Assembly (NCBI RefSeq): GCF_001194135.2
Contig: NC_068992.1
Span: 44,421,151 to 44,485,150, forward strand
Reading direction: 5' to 3'
Source: Octopus bimaculoides
Taxonomy: Eukaryota
Length of the DNA: 64,000 nt
The position numbers were made by a program, and so were the translations under genes. Of this stretch, positions 53,017-64,000 are shown piece by piece. A model generated the notes under the pieces. It saw only the letters and a list, made by a program, of their open reading frames with translations, was not told the origin of the DNA and made no database searches. Within the stretch, counting starts at the first letter, position 1, and every line of letters starts with the position of its first letter.

Positions 53017-53208
53017 TTGTTGTTGTTGTTGGCACTCCGTCGCTTACGACGTCGAGGGTTCCAGGTGACCCGATCAACGGAACAGCCTGCTCGTGAAATT
53101 AACGTGNNNNNNNNNNATAAACACTCACAACGCCCGGTCTGGGATTCGAAACCGCGATCCTATGACCGCGAGTCTGCTGCCCTAACCACTGGGCCATTGC
53201 GCCTCCAC
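53017..53208 (-). mobile_element. Young tRNA-derived SINE, family B, with 12 bp TSD; middle lost in a 10-N gap
   Basis: Head GTGGAGGCGCAATGGCCCAGTGGTTAGGG...GGTTTCGAATCCC (A and B boxes); tail ...CGTAAGCGACGGAGTGCC(AAC)n; TSD ACGTGACACATA at 53005-53016 and 53209-53220. Confidence 0.92.
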
Positions 53209-53570
53209 ACGTGACACATAACAGAGATGTTAAATACAAAGCGATGCCTGCGCCTGAAGATTCTTAAATCGAAGAAAATGCTTGCACAAGGCCAATCCTA
53301 CTCTCTAAATACGATATACATTTGCACAAAAAACAAGTCTACTTCATTGAAAGCAAACTAAGTTACGTAAGAGTTTTCCCTCTCATAGAGATATGTCTAA
53401 ACAAAAACTTTGGATTTTTCACTCCGAGCTGTTGTTGGATGGCCGTTGACTTCGTCCACCTCTTTGGTAGGTTTCGTTTTTCGTCCTGCAGGGTGTCTAA
53501 CGAAAACCATCCTCCTTGTCAAGCTGGATATGATTGAACAGTTGCATAGATCCATAGATAGACTAGATAA

Positions 53571-53651
<81 letters not shown>

Positions 53652-54348
53652 NNNNNNNNNNNNNNNNNNNNNNNNNNNNNNNNNNNNNNNNNNNNNNNNN
53701 NNNNNNNNNNNNNNNNNNNNNNNNNNNNNNNNNNNNNNNNNNNNNNNNNNNNNNNNNNNNNNNNNNNNNNNNNNNNNNNNNNNNNNNNNNNNNNNNNNNN
53801 NNNNNNNNNNNNNNNNNNNNNNNNNNNNNNNNNNNNNNNNNNNNNNNNNNNNNNNNNNNNNNNNNNNNNNNNNNNNNNNNNNNNNNNNNNNNNNNNNNNN
53901 NNNNNNNNNNNNNNNNNNNNNNNNNNNNNNNNNNNNNNNNNNNNNNNNNNNNNNNNNNNNNNNNNNNNNNNNNNNNNNNNNNNNNNNNNNNNNNNNNNNN
54001 NNNNNNNNNNNNNNNNNNNNNNNNNNNNNNNNNNNNNNNNNNNNNNNNNNNNNNNNNNNNNNNNNNNNNNNNNNNNNNNNNNNNNNNNNNNNNNNNNNNN
54101 NNNNNNNNNNNNNNNNNNNNNNNNNNNNNNNNNNNNNNNNNNNNNNNNNNNNNNNNNNNNNNNNNNNNNNNNNNNNNNNNNNNNNNNNNNNNNNNNNNNN
54201 NNNNNNNNNNNNNNNNNNNNNNNNNNNNNNNNNNNNNNNNNNNNNNNNNNNNNNNNNNNNNNNNNNNNNNNNNNNNNNNNNNNNNNNNNNNNNNNNNNNN
54301 NNNNNNNNNNNNNNNNNNNNNNNNNNNNNNNNNNNNNNNNNNNNNNNN

Positions 54349-54395
<47 letters not shown>

Positions 54396-54493
54396 GTGTG
54401 TATGCATGTATGATTGTGCGTACATATGCAGATTCGCAGTAAGAGGGTGAAAAACATACATACATGTGCGTGTGTGCATGTATAAATGTGTGG

Positions 54494-54543
<50 letters not shown>

Positions 54544-54799
54544 GTAGGTTGGTAGATAGGGAGAGATAGAGAAAGAAAGGGGAGAGAGATAAAGAGAATT
54601 AAAGAAGAGGAAGGGTGGTAGTTAGAACGAGTGAAAAAGAGGAAGTAGTTTTCTAAAATTGTTAATATATAATGATGCGTGGGCAGTTACAATGTAGTTT
54701 CTTCGAGTCTAGAATGGTGAGTCTGTCACGTTGTCTTCTGAATCTCAGCTGTTCTATTTTCACGTGTCAAACATTGCTACAAGCTTGTTTATGTTGTGC

Positions 54800-54857
54800 A
54801 TAGGTGCATGTGTATATAGGTGCATGTGTATATAGGTGCATGTGTATATAGGTGCAT
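54800..54857. repeat. Perfect 16 bp tandem repeat x3.6
   Basis: ATAGGTGCATGTGTAT at 54800, 54816 and 54832. Confidence 0.95.
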
Positions 54858-55253
54858 TGGTTCATGAGTGTATATTCAAAAAGGATAGACAGAAAGGGTG
54901 ATGTATGAATGGATATTACACACGACGGCAAACAAAAGGCTTCAGTCCTATTACACTGACTATTGTTCAAGGCAGTCTTAATATCATTATAGCCTCACCT
55001 ACCGGACAAAAATATGTTCTGAGGGCCTAGAGTATTATTACTTGACAGCAAGACAACGCATCATTAGATTTGCAGTAGATCCCTAGACCCGTTCCTTCGG
55101 GCCCTGGGCATTACTGAGAGTGTTCACGTCTTAAGAACAAACGTGAGTAGCTCAGTTCACTCAGCTGTAAGTAGGTACCACAATGTGTCATAAGTGATTA
55201 TTATATCCATAGTCTAAGCACTTAACTATCAACTGTCCAGTATGTAGAAAAGT

Positions 55254-55369
55254 AGGCGCAGGAGTGACTGTGTGGTAAGTAGCTTGCTTACCAGCCACAT
55301 TGTTCCGGGTTCGACCAAAGCCTTATGAGTGAATTTGGTAGACGGAAACTGAAAGAAGCCCGTCGTATA
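55254..55369 (+). mobile_element. SINE family A with ~50 bp internal deletion
   Basis: AGGCGCAGGAGTGACTGTGTGGTAAGTAGCTTGCTTACC...CCGGGTTC joined directly to GACCAAAGCCTT...GAAAGAAGCCCGTCG. Confidence 0.9.
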
Positions 55370-56744
55370 TATATATATATATATATGTTTGTATGTGCGT
55401 GTGTATGTGTTTGTGTGTCTGTGTGTATGTGTGTGTGTGCGTGTGTGTGTNNNNNNNNNNNNNNNNNNNNNNNNNNNNNNNNNNNNNNNNNNNNNNNNNN
55501 NNNNNNNNNNNNNNNNNNNNNNNNNNNNNNNNNNNNNNNNNNNNNNNNNNNNNNNNNNNNNNNNNNNNNNNNNNNNNNNNNNNNNNNNNNNNNNNNNNNN
55601 NNNNNNNNNNNNNNNNNNNNNNNNNNNNNNNNNNNNNNNNNNNNNNNNNNNNNNNNNNNNNNNNNNNNNNNNNNNNNNNNNNNNNNNNNNNNNNNNNNNN
55701 NNNNNNNNNNNNNNNNNNNNNNNNNNNNNNNNNNNNNNNNNNNNNNNNNNNNNNNNNNNNNNNNNNNNNNNNNNNNNNNNNNNNNNNNNNNNNNNNNNNN
55801 NNNNNNNNNNNNNNNNNNNNNNNNNNNNNNNNNNNNNNNNNNNNNNNNNNNNNNNNNNNNNNNNNNNNNNNNNNNNNNNNNNNNNNNNNNNNNNNNNNNN
55901 NNNNNNNNNNNNNNNNNNNNNNNNNNNNNNNNNNNNNNNNNNNNNNNNNNNNNNNNNNNNNNNNNNNNNNNNNNNNNNNNNNNNNNNNNNNNNNNNNNNN
56001 NNNNNNNNNNNNNNNNNNNNNNNNNNNNNNNNNNNNNNNNNNNNNNNNNNNNNNNNNNNNNATATATATATACACACTGATATATATGTACATAATGAAC
56101 GTATCTTGTGTATGTGTGTGTGTACAACTATATATGAATGTGTTTATGCATGTATACATATGAATGCATGTGTTTCTTAGTGTTCAATGATTTCTATTCT
56201 AACACTGGTGATTAATTGGTGACACCACCCCAAAAGGAATGCAAAGTAAGTTTCAACGTAAGCCGAATTTGATCTCAAATCCGAGAAGGATGCATCAACG
56301 TTACTGAATCCATTTTGTATGACGAAAGAAAAAAACAAAAGATTAAGAATGTAGTATGCAGTGATGTCTATGCCTTTCCTAAAGTTATCGGAGGTGTGCA
56401 CGATGTACAGATTCAACCGAGAAATGAAACCTTATCGCAGTTTTGATACACAGACTACAAAAACTAACAGATTGGCAAGTATAAACTTGCTTATGGATTC
56501 CTTATTTACACAACACAACATTGGGAGTGTAGGGAGAAGTAGGTTGTGTGTTTTAGTCAACTGGATTGATCTTCAAGATATCACAGGTACCAATGGTTGA
56601 GGAGCCACAGCAATAACAGATAGTGTCATGAGTTAATGGTGTAACAGTGTCAGTTACCTGGTCGTAGACGAAATGATTTCCAAACACCTATAATAATATC
56701 TGAAAATACAGCAATGGAAACTAATTGCCGTAACGGTATGTCTG

Positions 56745-57213
56745 TGTGTGTGTGTGTGTGAGTTAGTGTGTGTGTGTGAGTTAGTGTGTGTGTGTGAGTT
56801 AGTGCTTGTGTGCATATGTATACGTGTGTTTGCGAGTTATGTGTGGTATGTGTGTGTGTGTGTGTGTGTGTGCATATGTATACATGTGTTTGCGAGTTAT
56901 GCGTGTGTGTGTGTGTGAGTTAGTGCTTGTGTGCATATGTATACATGCGTTTGGGAGTTATGCGTGTGTGCGTGTGTGCGTGTGCGTGCGTGTGTGTGCA
57001 TGCGTGCGCGCGCGTTTCTGTTATAGTAGCAACACCAACATCAACCATCGCAGCCTAAGTCACTTTCTGAAGAAGTACAACTCTGAAACGTTTATATTTA
57101 GCTTCGAATTTAAAATAAGTGCGGTTGTTTACACTACATTACATACATACATACATGTGAGTGTGTGTATATGTATAAATAACGAAAGAAAGAGAGTGAA
57201 TGAAATTTACATG

Positions 57214-57247
<34 letters not shown>

Positions 57248-57536
57248 CAGTGTGGAAGCGAAAGTGCCATGTGCCTACAGCAGTAATGCCATGTCTACTG
57301 CAGGTGATTACGAAGTTGCTGTTGCTGCACCTAGATGTGAGGGTGAAGAGGTGGGGAGAGGAAAGGTGAATAGACGATTTGAGGAGGAGGGGTGGGAGGA
57401 CGAAGAGGAAGGCAGTAGTAAATACATGTGTGTGTGTGTGTGTGTGTGTGATCCAACACGTATTTACCTCTCACCACTACCATCCGTCTCCACTGTTTTA
57501 TACAGGAAGGATTTCGAACTTGTCTGCTATGTAAGA

Positions 57537-57577
<41 letters not shown>

Positions 57578-57985
57578 TGTGTGTGCGTGTGTGTGTGCGT
57601 GCGTGTGTGCGTGTAGGCGCGTGCGTGTGTGTCTGTGTATGTATGCGCGTCTGTATAATGTATGGGCGTATGTGAGTGTTTGCATATATGTGTCATGTGC
57701 ATTCGCGTATATATGTATATGTATATATATATGTATATTATATACATACATTCATATGTGTGTGTATAATATGCATGTATGTAAATATATCTGTATGTGT
57801 GTGTATGTGTGTGTATGTATGTGTAAATGTGTCTGTCTCTTTGTCTCTGTCTTTATGTGTCAGGGAGTGTCTGTGTTAGTGTCTTTCTATGCGTGCGTAT
57901 GTATATGTGTATGCATATCTGTATGTGTGTGTGTGTGTGTGTGCGTGTGTGTGTGTGTGCGTGTGTGTGCGTGCGTGTGTGTGTC
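56745..57985. repeat. Extended (TG)n-derived compound satellite region including GTGTGAGTTA-type units
   Basis: Directly visible; interrupted by ~400 bp of unique sequence at 57020-57425. Confidence 0.85.
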
Positions 57986-58834
57986 CCTGCAGTTGTAGTC
58001 GGCATTATACTAGTGTTTGGTCGATCAGCGATTTGAACAGACAGGAAAGTGGCTTGCATGGGGAGGTGCAAGCGTCCGTGCAAACTGCACTAAAATATAT
58101 GCACACGAATGCAGCAACGTAAAGAGGCAGTGATGTGCGCCGTATGCACATGTACCGTTGTGTTTTATCATATTCAGCAACTGACTGCCGTCTCACCTAT
58201 ATTTTAACTCCCAGTTGACAATACATCAACAGGTATTGAGCACCCATTTGCGCGCATACGCACATGCATATGTATGTACGTATGCATGTATGTATGTATG
58301 TGTGCGCATACGTATGTATGCGCACACATACATACACACACGCCCACGCACTCACCCCCAACACACAAACACACATACGTACACATAGATATACACACAC
58401 ATATATGCATGCTTGATGTTACTGACTGTAAATAAAATGATTATAGATATAATCAACACTCTATGTGTGCATATATACATATACACATGCACACACACAC
58501 ACACACACATATACGCACGCACGCACGCACACACACACGCTCACTCACTCACACACACACGTACGCACACACAGAGGTACCCACGCGTTACGGAAGCGTT
58601 GTGTTCATAAAAAATTGCCGTAAGCTGGGGTTCCAGAATACGAATTATGCCTTTATTATGTACGTTCAAAATTGATGAATCATTCAGTCGATACTCAGAT
58701 ATTCTCGTTACGTTTGATCGGTTAGGCAATACAGACTCTCACACACGCATGTATGCATGCATACATACATACACACCCAATATAAATAAATACATACATA
58801 CATACATACACACAATATATATATATGAAAGAGT

Positions 58835-59026
58835 GAAGGCACATGGCTCAGTGATTAGGGTATCCGATGATTGTGATATCGATTATGAGTTCGATTCTCG
58901 GTGGCGCGCTGTGTCCTTGACCAAGGCACTTTATTTCACGTTGCTCCAGTCCACTCTGCTAGCAAAAAAATTAGAAGTACCTATAATTCTAAGGACACAT
59001 TCTACGCCACGCTGAATCTTCCTGGG
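58835..59026 (+). mobile_element. Old tRNA-derived SINE with CORE/Meta-like central domain
   Basis: TGGCTCAGTGATTAGGG (A box), GAGTTCGATTCT (B box), then GTGTCCTTGACCAAGGCACTTTATTTCACGTTGCTCCAGTCCACTC. Confidence 0.75.
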
Positions 59027-59642
59027 TGTCATGTTATATATATATATATATATATATNNNNNNNNNNNNNNNNNNNNNNNNNNNNNNNNNNNNNNNNNNN
59101 NNNNNNNNNNNNNNNNNNNNNNNNNNNNNNNNNNNNNNNNNNNNNNNNNNNNNNNNNNNNNNNNNNNNNNNNNNNNNNNNNNNNNNNNNNNNNNNNNNNN
59201 NNNNNNNNNNNNNNNNNNNNNNNNNNNNNNNNNNNNNNNNNNNNNNNNNNNNNNNNNNNNNNNNNNNNNNNNNNNNNNNNNNNNNNNNNNNNNNNNNNNN
59301 NNNNNNNNNNNNNNNNNNNNNNNNNNNNNNNNNNNNNNNNNNNNNNNNNNNNNNNNNNNNNNNNNNNNNNNNNNNNNNNNNNNNNNNNNNNNNNNNNNNN
59401 NNNNNNNNNNNNNNNNNNNNNNNNNNNNNNNNNNNNNNNNNNNNNNNNNNNNNNNNNNNNNNNNNNNNNNNNNNNNNNNNNNNNNNNNNNNNNNNNNNNN
59501 NNNNNNNNNNNNNNNNNNNNNNNNNNNNNNNNNNNNNNNNNNNNNNNNNNNNNNNNNNNNNNNNNNNNNNNNNNNNNNNNNNNNNNNNNNNNNNNNNNNN
59601 NNNNNNNNNNNNNNNNNNNNNNNNNNNNNNNNNNNNNNNNNN

Positions 59643-59938
59643 ATAGCCTCAGGCCGACCAAAGCCTTGTGAGTGGATTTAGTAGACGGAAACTGAAAGAA
59701 GCCCGTCGTATATACGTATATGTATATATATGTGTCTGTGTTTGTCCACCTCCAACATCGCTTGACAACCGATGCTGGTGTGTTTACGTCCCCGTAACTT
59801 AGCGGTTCGGCTAAAGTGACTGATAGAATAAGTACTAGGCTTACAAAGAATAAGTCCTGGGGTCGATTTGCTCGACTAAAGGCGGTGCTCCAGCATGGCC
59901 GCAGTCAAATGGCTGAAACAAGTAAAAGAGTAAAAGAG
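59643..59938 (+). mobile_element. SINE family A, core and complete 3' tail (head in gap)
   Basis: Core GACCAAAGCCTTGTGAGTGGATTTAGTAGACGGAAACTG; tail is the reverse complement of 5313-5490 and ends (GTAAAAGA)2. Confidence 0.93.
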
Positions 59939-60329
59939 TTATATATATATGTGTGTGTGTGTGTGTGTCTGTGTGTGTGTGTCTGTGTATGTATATAGAT
60001 AGATGAGTACATGAATGTATGTGCATATGTTTCTGTGTTCCTCTATGCACACACAAACAAACAAACAAACACACACAGATGCACTAGTTCACTGACGCAC
60101 GTATGTGTGTCTGTGAGAGATTTGCGCGTGCGGGATTTGGCGGTATGCGGGAGTAAAGTGTGTGTGTGTGTGGGGGGGGAGGTATGTTAGTTTTAATAAA
60201 TAAATAAATAAATGTGCAAAAAAATAAATAAATGTGATTGCTAGGCAACAACATGAAGAAAGTCTGTTGGTGAAACATTGCTGAACAATCTTCTGGTGTA
60301 AGGTCGTGTAGTGCTGTATGTGTGTGTAC

Positions 60330-60392
<63 letters not shown>

Positions 60393-60484
60393 CTGTATTC
60401 TGTGTATGCGTATGGAGGTGCATGATACGTGTATAGTATTGTGTCTGTGCGAATCTGTTGGCTGAATGCACTGTCAGCACAACA

Positions 60485-60561
<77 letters not shown>

Positions 60562-61075
60562 NNNNNNNNNNNNNNNNNNNNNNNNNNNNNNNNNNNNNNN
60601 NNNNNNNNNNNNNNNNNNNNNNNNNNNNNNNNNNNNNNNNNNNNNNNNNNNNNNNNNNNNNNNNNNNNNNNNNNNNNNNNNNNNNNNNNNNTCTGTGTGT
60701 CATAGGTAAAGCAAGTGTAACATTGTGCAGCAATAGCAGCACTGAAATTGCAGTACGACTGATTGCTAGTTGCACTATATGCGTGTGTATGTATGTATGT
60801 ATGTATGTATATGTGTGTGTGTGTGTGTGTGTCTGCATTATATGTGTGTGCGCGTGTGCGTGAGAGAAAGAGAGAGAAAGAGTGCAGAAGGGAGAGGAGA
60901 GAGAGAGAGAGAGAAAACAGTGAGCCCCAGAAAACTGTCAACGATCGAAACTAAATGGCATAGATTGTTTGGTAGAGGTCATGTATAGACTAACACATGC
61001 ATTTGGTTATATTTACAGACACAGACAAGCACTTATATAAAATATATATCCATATATATACATGTATGTACATAT

Positions 61076-61142
<67 letters not shown>

Positions 61143-61199
61143 TGTGTGAATGCATATTGAATGTATACACATGTACAGATATTGATGTTGTACTCTAGT

Positions 61200-61450
61200 G
61201 ATGATGAAACGGTGAAGGTGGAGCTGTGGAGTTGTGATGCGCGTGTGTTTGTGTGTGGGAGGGCTTTTCGGCGAGGCACATTTTTAATTAGATTGCACTG
61301 TTTTGTGCAATCTATGTCAAATATTGTCAGTTCACCCCTTTCTTCCTCCCTACTCAGACGTCAGACATCAGTCGTGCGATGGTGCACCTCTTCCTCCTTC
61401 TCTTCCTCTTCTTCCTCACACACACACCTCGACGTCACTAATGGAATGTT
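61200..61450. promoter_or_regulatory. CpG-containing regulatory-like island with a 10 bp hairpin
   Basis: TAGATTGCAC-tgtttt-GTGCAATCTA 61289-61314; near-CRE motifs AGACGTCA and CGACGTCA; CTT-rich tract. Confidence 0.35.
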
Positions 61451-61786
61451 GCACTCCTTCGAGATATTCAGGCTGGAATGAGACCCCCTCCCCCTCCTTT
61501 CTCTTAGACTTTGCTCCTGGCAAGGTGTACTACCTTGGCCCCAGCCATTAGTCATGCAATGGTGTACCACCTTCCCCCAACACTTAATGGATAAGGAAAT
61601 GTCTAGAAATGAACTAAATCTCTATTAGTTACAGTTCACATGTCCACAGATTGGAATCCAGACGAGGGAAGTGAAAATATTTATGGGGAACTATTTTAGT
61701 TTTGAAATAAATGAAAGTGAAAGTGGATATGCGTGGGTGGGAGTGTTGGGGGATATTCAGCTTAATACATGGGTGTGTAGCTACAA

Positions 61787-61870
<84 letters not shown>

Positions 61871-61924
61871 GCCTGTCTATCTATCCATCTATCTATCTCT
61901 CTACATGATTTTATATTCAGGTAT

Positions 61925-61964
<40 letters not shown>

Positions 61965-62380
61965 AGCACAAACACACACACACACACACACCTACATACA
62001 CACACAAACACACACACACATATCCACAACACTCACACGCGCTAATATACACCAGAAACTAATTGATAGTGACTTCAGTGGCATCAGTCGTTACTATCAA
62101 CTTTTTGCTTGTAAATACATATTTATTACTCTACATTAATGTATTGAGAGATCCTTCATGTTTGGCTTTCTTTTTCTTTTTTGACGCGTCACCCTGTAAC
62201 TATATTATACACATAAACATATACATACATACATACATACATACTTACATGCATACTCAAATATAAATGTATGTATGTATGTATCTATATATCTATGTGC
62301 GTATGTATATATATATATATAGATAGATAGATACACACACACACAAACTCACACATATCTACATACATATATATATATAT

Positions 62381-62480
62381 GTTTCCTTTCCGACGAAATG
62401 CTATGCTCGAAACGTCAAATTCACACCTTTCACTGAGCGTCAAGCTAATACATTTCATATGCACGTCCTCGTGTTGTCCG
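62381..62480 (+). ncRNA. Degenerate hammerhead-ribozyme core in a Penelope-like terminal repeat
   Basis: CCGACGA-aatgctatgctc-GAAACGTC (62390-62416) against the canonical CUGANGA-stemII-GAAAC; U4 and the 5' arm of stem II are mutated. Confidence 0.45.
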
Positions 62481-62508
62481 TTTTTATTCGTTTATTTGAA
62501 TTGAATGT

Positions 62509-62562
<54 letters not shown>

Positions 62563-62757
62563 NNNNNNNNNNTTAATAGTAGATCACAACATTTGTTTCT
62601 GCACCGCACACCAGCTTTAAGTTGCTGTGTTTATATTCATATGCCATTATACATGATCATTCTTTATAATTACCATATAGTTGAATATTTTTCATCAGTA
62701 ACCATGAGTGGACGGTTCCTCCGGTGGAATACGGTTAATTCCTGTTACACACACACA

Positions 62758-62792
<35 letters not shown>

Positions 62793-63253
62793 TATGATAA
62801 GTGCATGCCTTTCACTTACTTTCACACTCTCTTCCCCCCTCTCTCTTTCCCTCAATGCATAGTCAATAGTTTCATTTAGCTAGTGATGGTCAGACAAAAC
62901 TAGTATGTGGTCTTCCCGTCTGTCCAACCGTGACTGCCCTCTGGTTTAATCACATGACTTATTTTCACTGCTTCACTAAACATACAGTTATGTCTATTTA
63001 ACGCTTACATGCACATTTATTTACTATATATTCTCATACACTCGGCTGCAGTATTCTTTGCCGCTTTAAATATTATGTATGTTTATATATATATATACGT
63101 GTGTGTATATATATCTGCCTGAGAGAACGTGTGCAGGCAGACTCATGCATATAATGCATGTATGTATATATGTACACATGCATATATTGTATTACACTCT
63201 TCACTTTATGGTAGCTCCCCACCCCACTTCATCTGACATGTCGTCACTTGCCC

Positions 63254-63327
63254 CATCTCCTCCTCCTTCTCGTCCTCCTCCTTCTCGTCCTCCTCCTTCT
63301 CGTCCTCCTCCTTCTCGTTCTCCTCCT
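63254..63327. repeat. 15 bp tandem repeat (TCTCGTCCTCCTCCT)x4-5
   Basis: Units at 63268, 63283, 63298 and 63313. Confidence 0.9.
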
Positions 63328-63506
63328 TCTCTTCCTCCCTATTGTCCTGCAGGGTTCAGCCATCCTTGTTTTCCTATCCATTTTTCCTGGACTCCTTTTG
63401 CTTATTATCAATTTATATTTTTTATTATATTCATGTTTATATTCGTTCTTTATATATTTGTTATAGAATTAACTACGTGAATGAACGTGTACTCGTTCTA
63501 CTAATA

Positions 63507-63550
<44 letters not shown>

Positions 63551-63568
63551 GTGTGTGTGAGAGAAAGA

Positions 63569-63599
<31 letters not shown>

Positions 63600-63861
63600 T
63601 GCATGTATGTGTGTGTGTGCTCGAACATGCTTTCATGTCCAGACACGAGTATGTTTGTGCGTGTTATTAACTGTATATAGCTGTGTGAACATGCATATGT
63701 TTGAACGTGCATGTATGCATGTACGTATGCCCGTGTGTGTGCGCGTGCATATATGCATACGAACGTGTATGCTACGTGTATGCACATATGTGTATGTTAT
63801 GTGTTGTGTATGAAGTACGAGTATAGATATGATTAAATTACAATATGCAAGAATATATGCG

Positions 63862-63975
63862 CACCTTCTCCTTCGGGTTGAGGGACAAGGAAAGTCACTG
63901 GGTGCAAGTTCTGGGCTATAATGATGGAGAAGAAGTTTCAATACCGATCTCTGTCAAGTAGTTGGGTACCATCAT
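63862..63975 (-). mobile_element. Mariner transposase fragment
   Basis: NYLTEIGIET / LLHHYSPELAPSDF corresponds to the mariner HPPYSPDLAPSD motif. Confidence 0.75.
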
Positions 63976-64000
63976 GGAATTGTACACACACACACACACA

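Noticed and set aside
53117-53208. Functional tRNA gene
   Set aside because: It is the head of a SINE bounded by a TSD and linked to a retroposon tail.
63079-63480. Proline-rich protein (SRPPP repeats)
   Set aside because: Derived from a (CTC)n-based 15 bp repeat; the flanks translate as low-complexity microsatellite.

Overview
Eukaryotic, AT-rich, microsatellite-saturated scaffold sequence with 18 N-gaps totalling about 5.5 kb. It is most likely an octopus/coleoid cephalopod genome; this is inferred from my recognition of the dominant tRNA-derived SINE families and the repeat profile, not from a search. I could not identify any cellular protein-coding gene with confidence. Nearly all listed ORFs are translations of (CA)n, (TA)n, (GA)n or (TATC)n tracts or of N-gaps. 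The recognisable coding sequence is decayed transposable elements: RTE LINE (4 fragments), L1/Tx1 (2), three restriction-like-endonuclease non-LTR clades (R4/Dong, HERO, CRE), Penelope-like GIY-YIG, a Gypsy LTR-PBS-gag start, mariner, and hAT- and Tigger-like ends. The clearest structural findings are: (i) a ~600 bp fold-back MITE family with GG-terminal 37 bp TIRs, 8 bp TSDs (Merlin-like) and a central telomeric TTAGGG tract, in two full copies plus a short relative; (ii) a closely spaced inverted SINE pair that could form dsRNA; (iii) a degenerate Penelope-type hammerhead ribozyme core; and (iv) four CpG-containing promoter-like islands, three of which precede short minus-strand candidate first exons, one with an in-frame UAG just before a perfect splice donor. 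All gene-structure calls are hypotheses.
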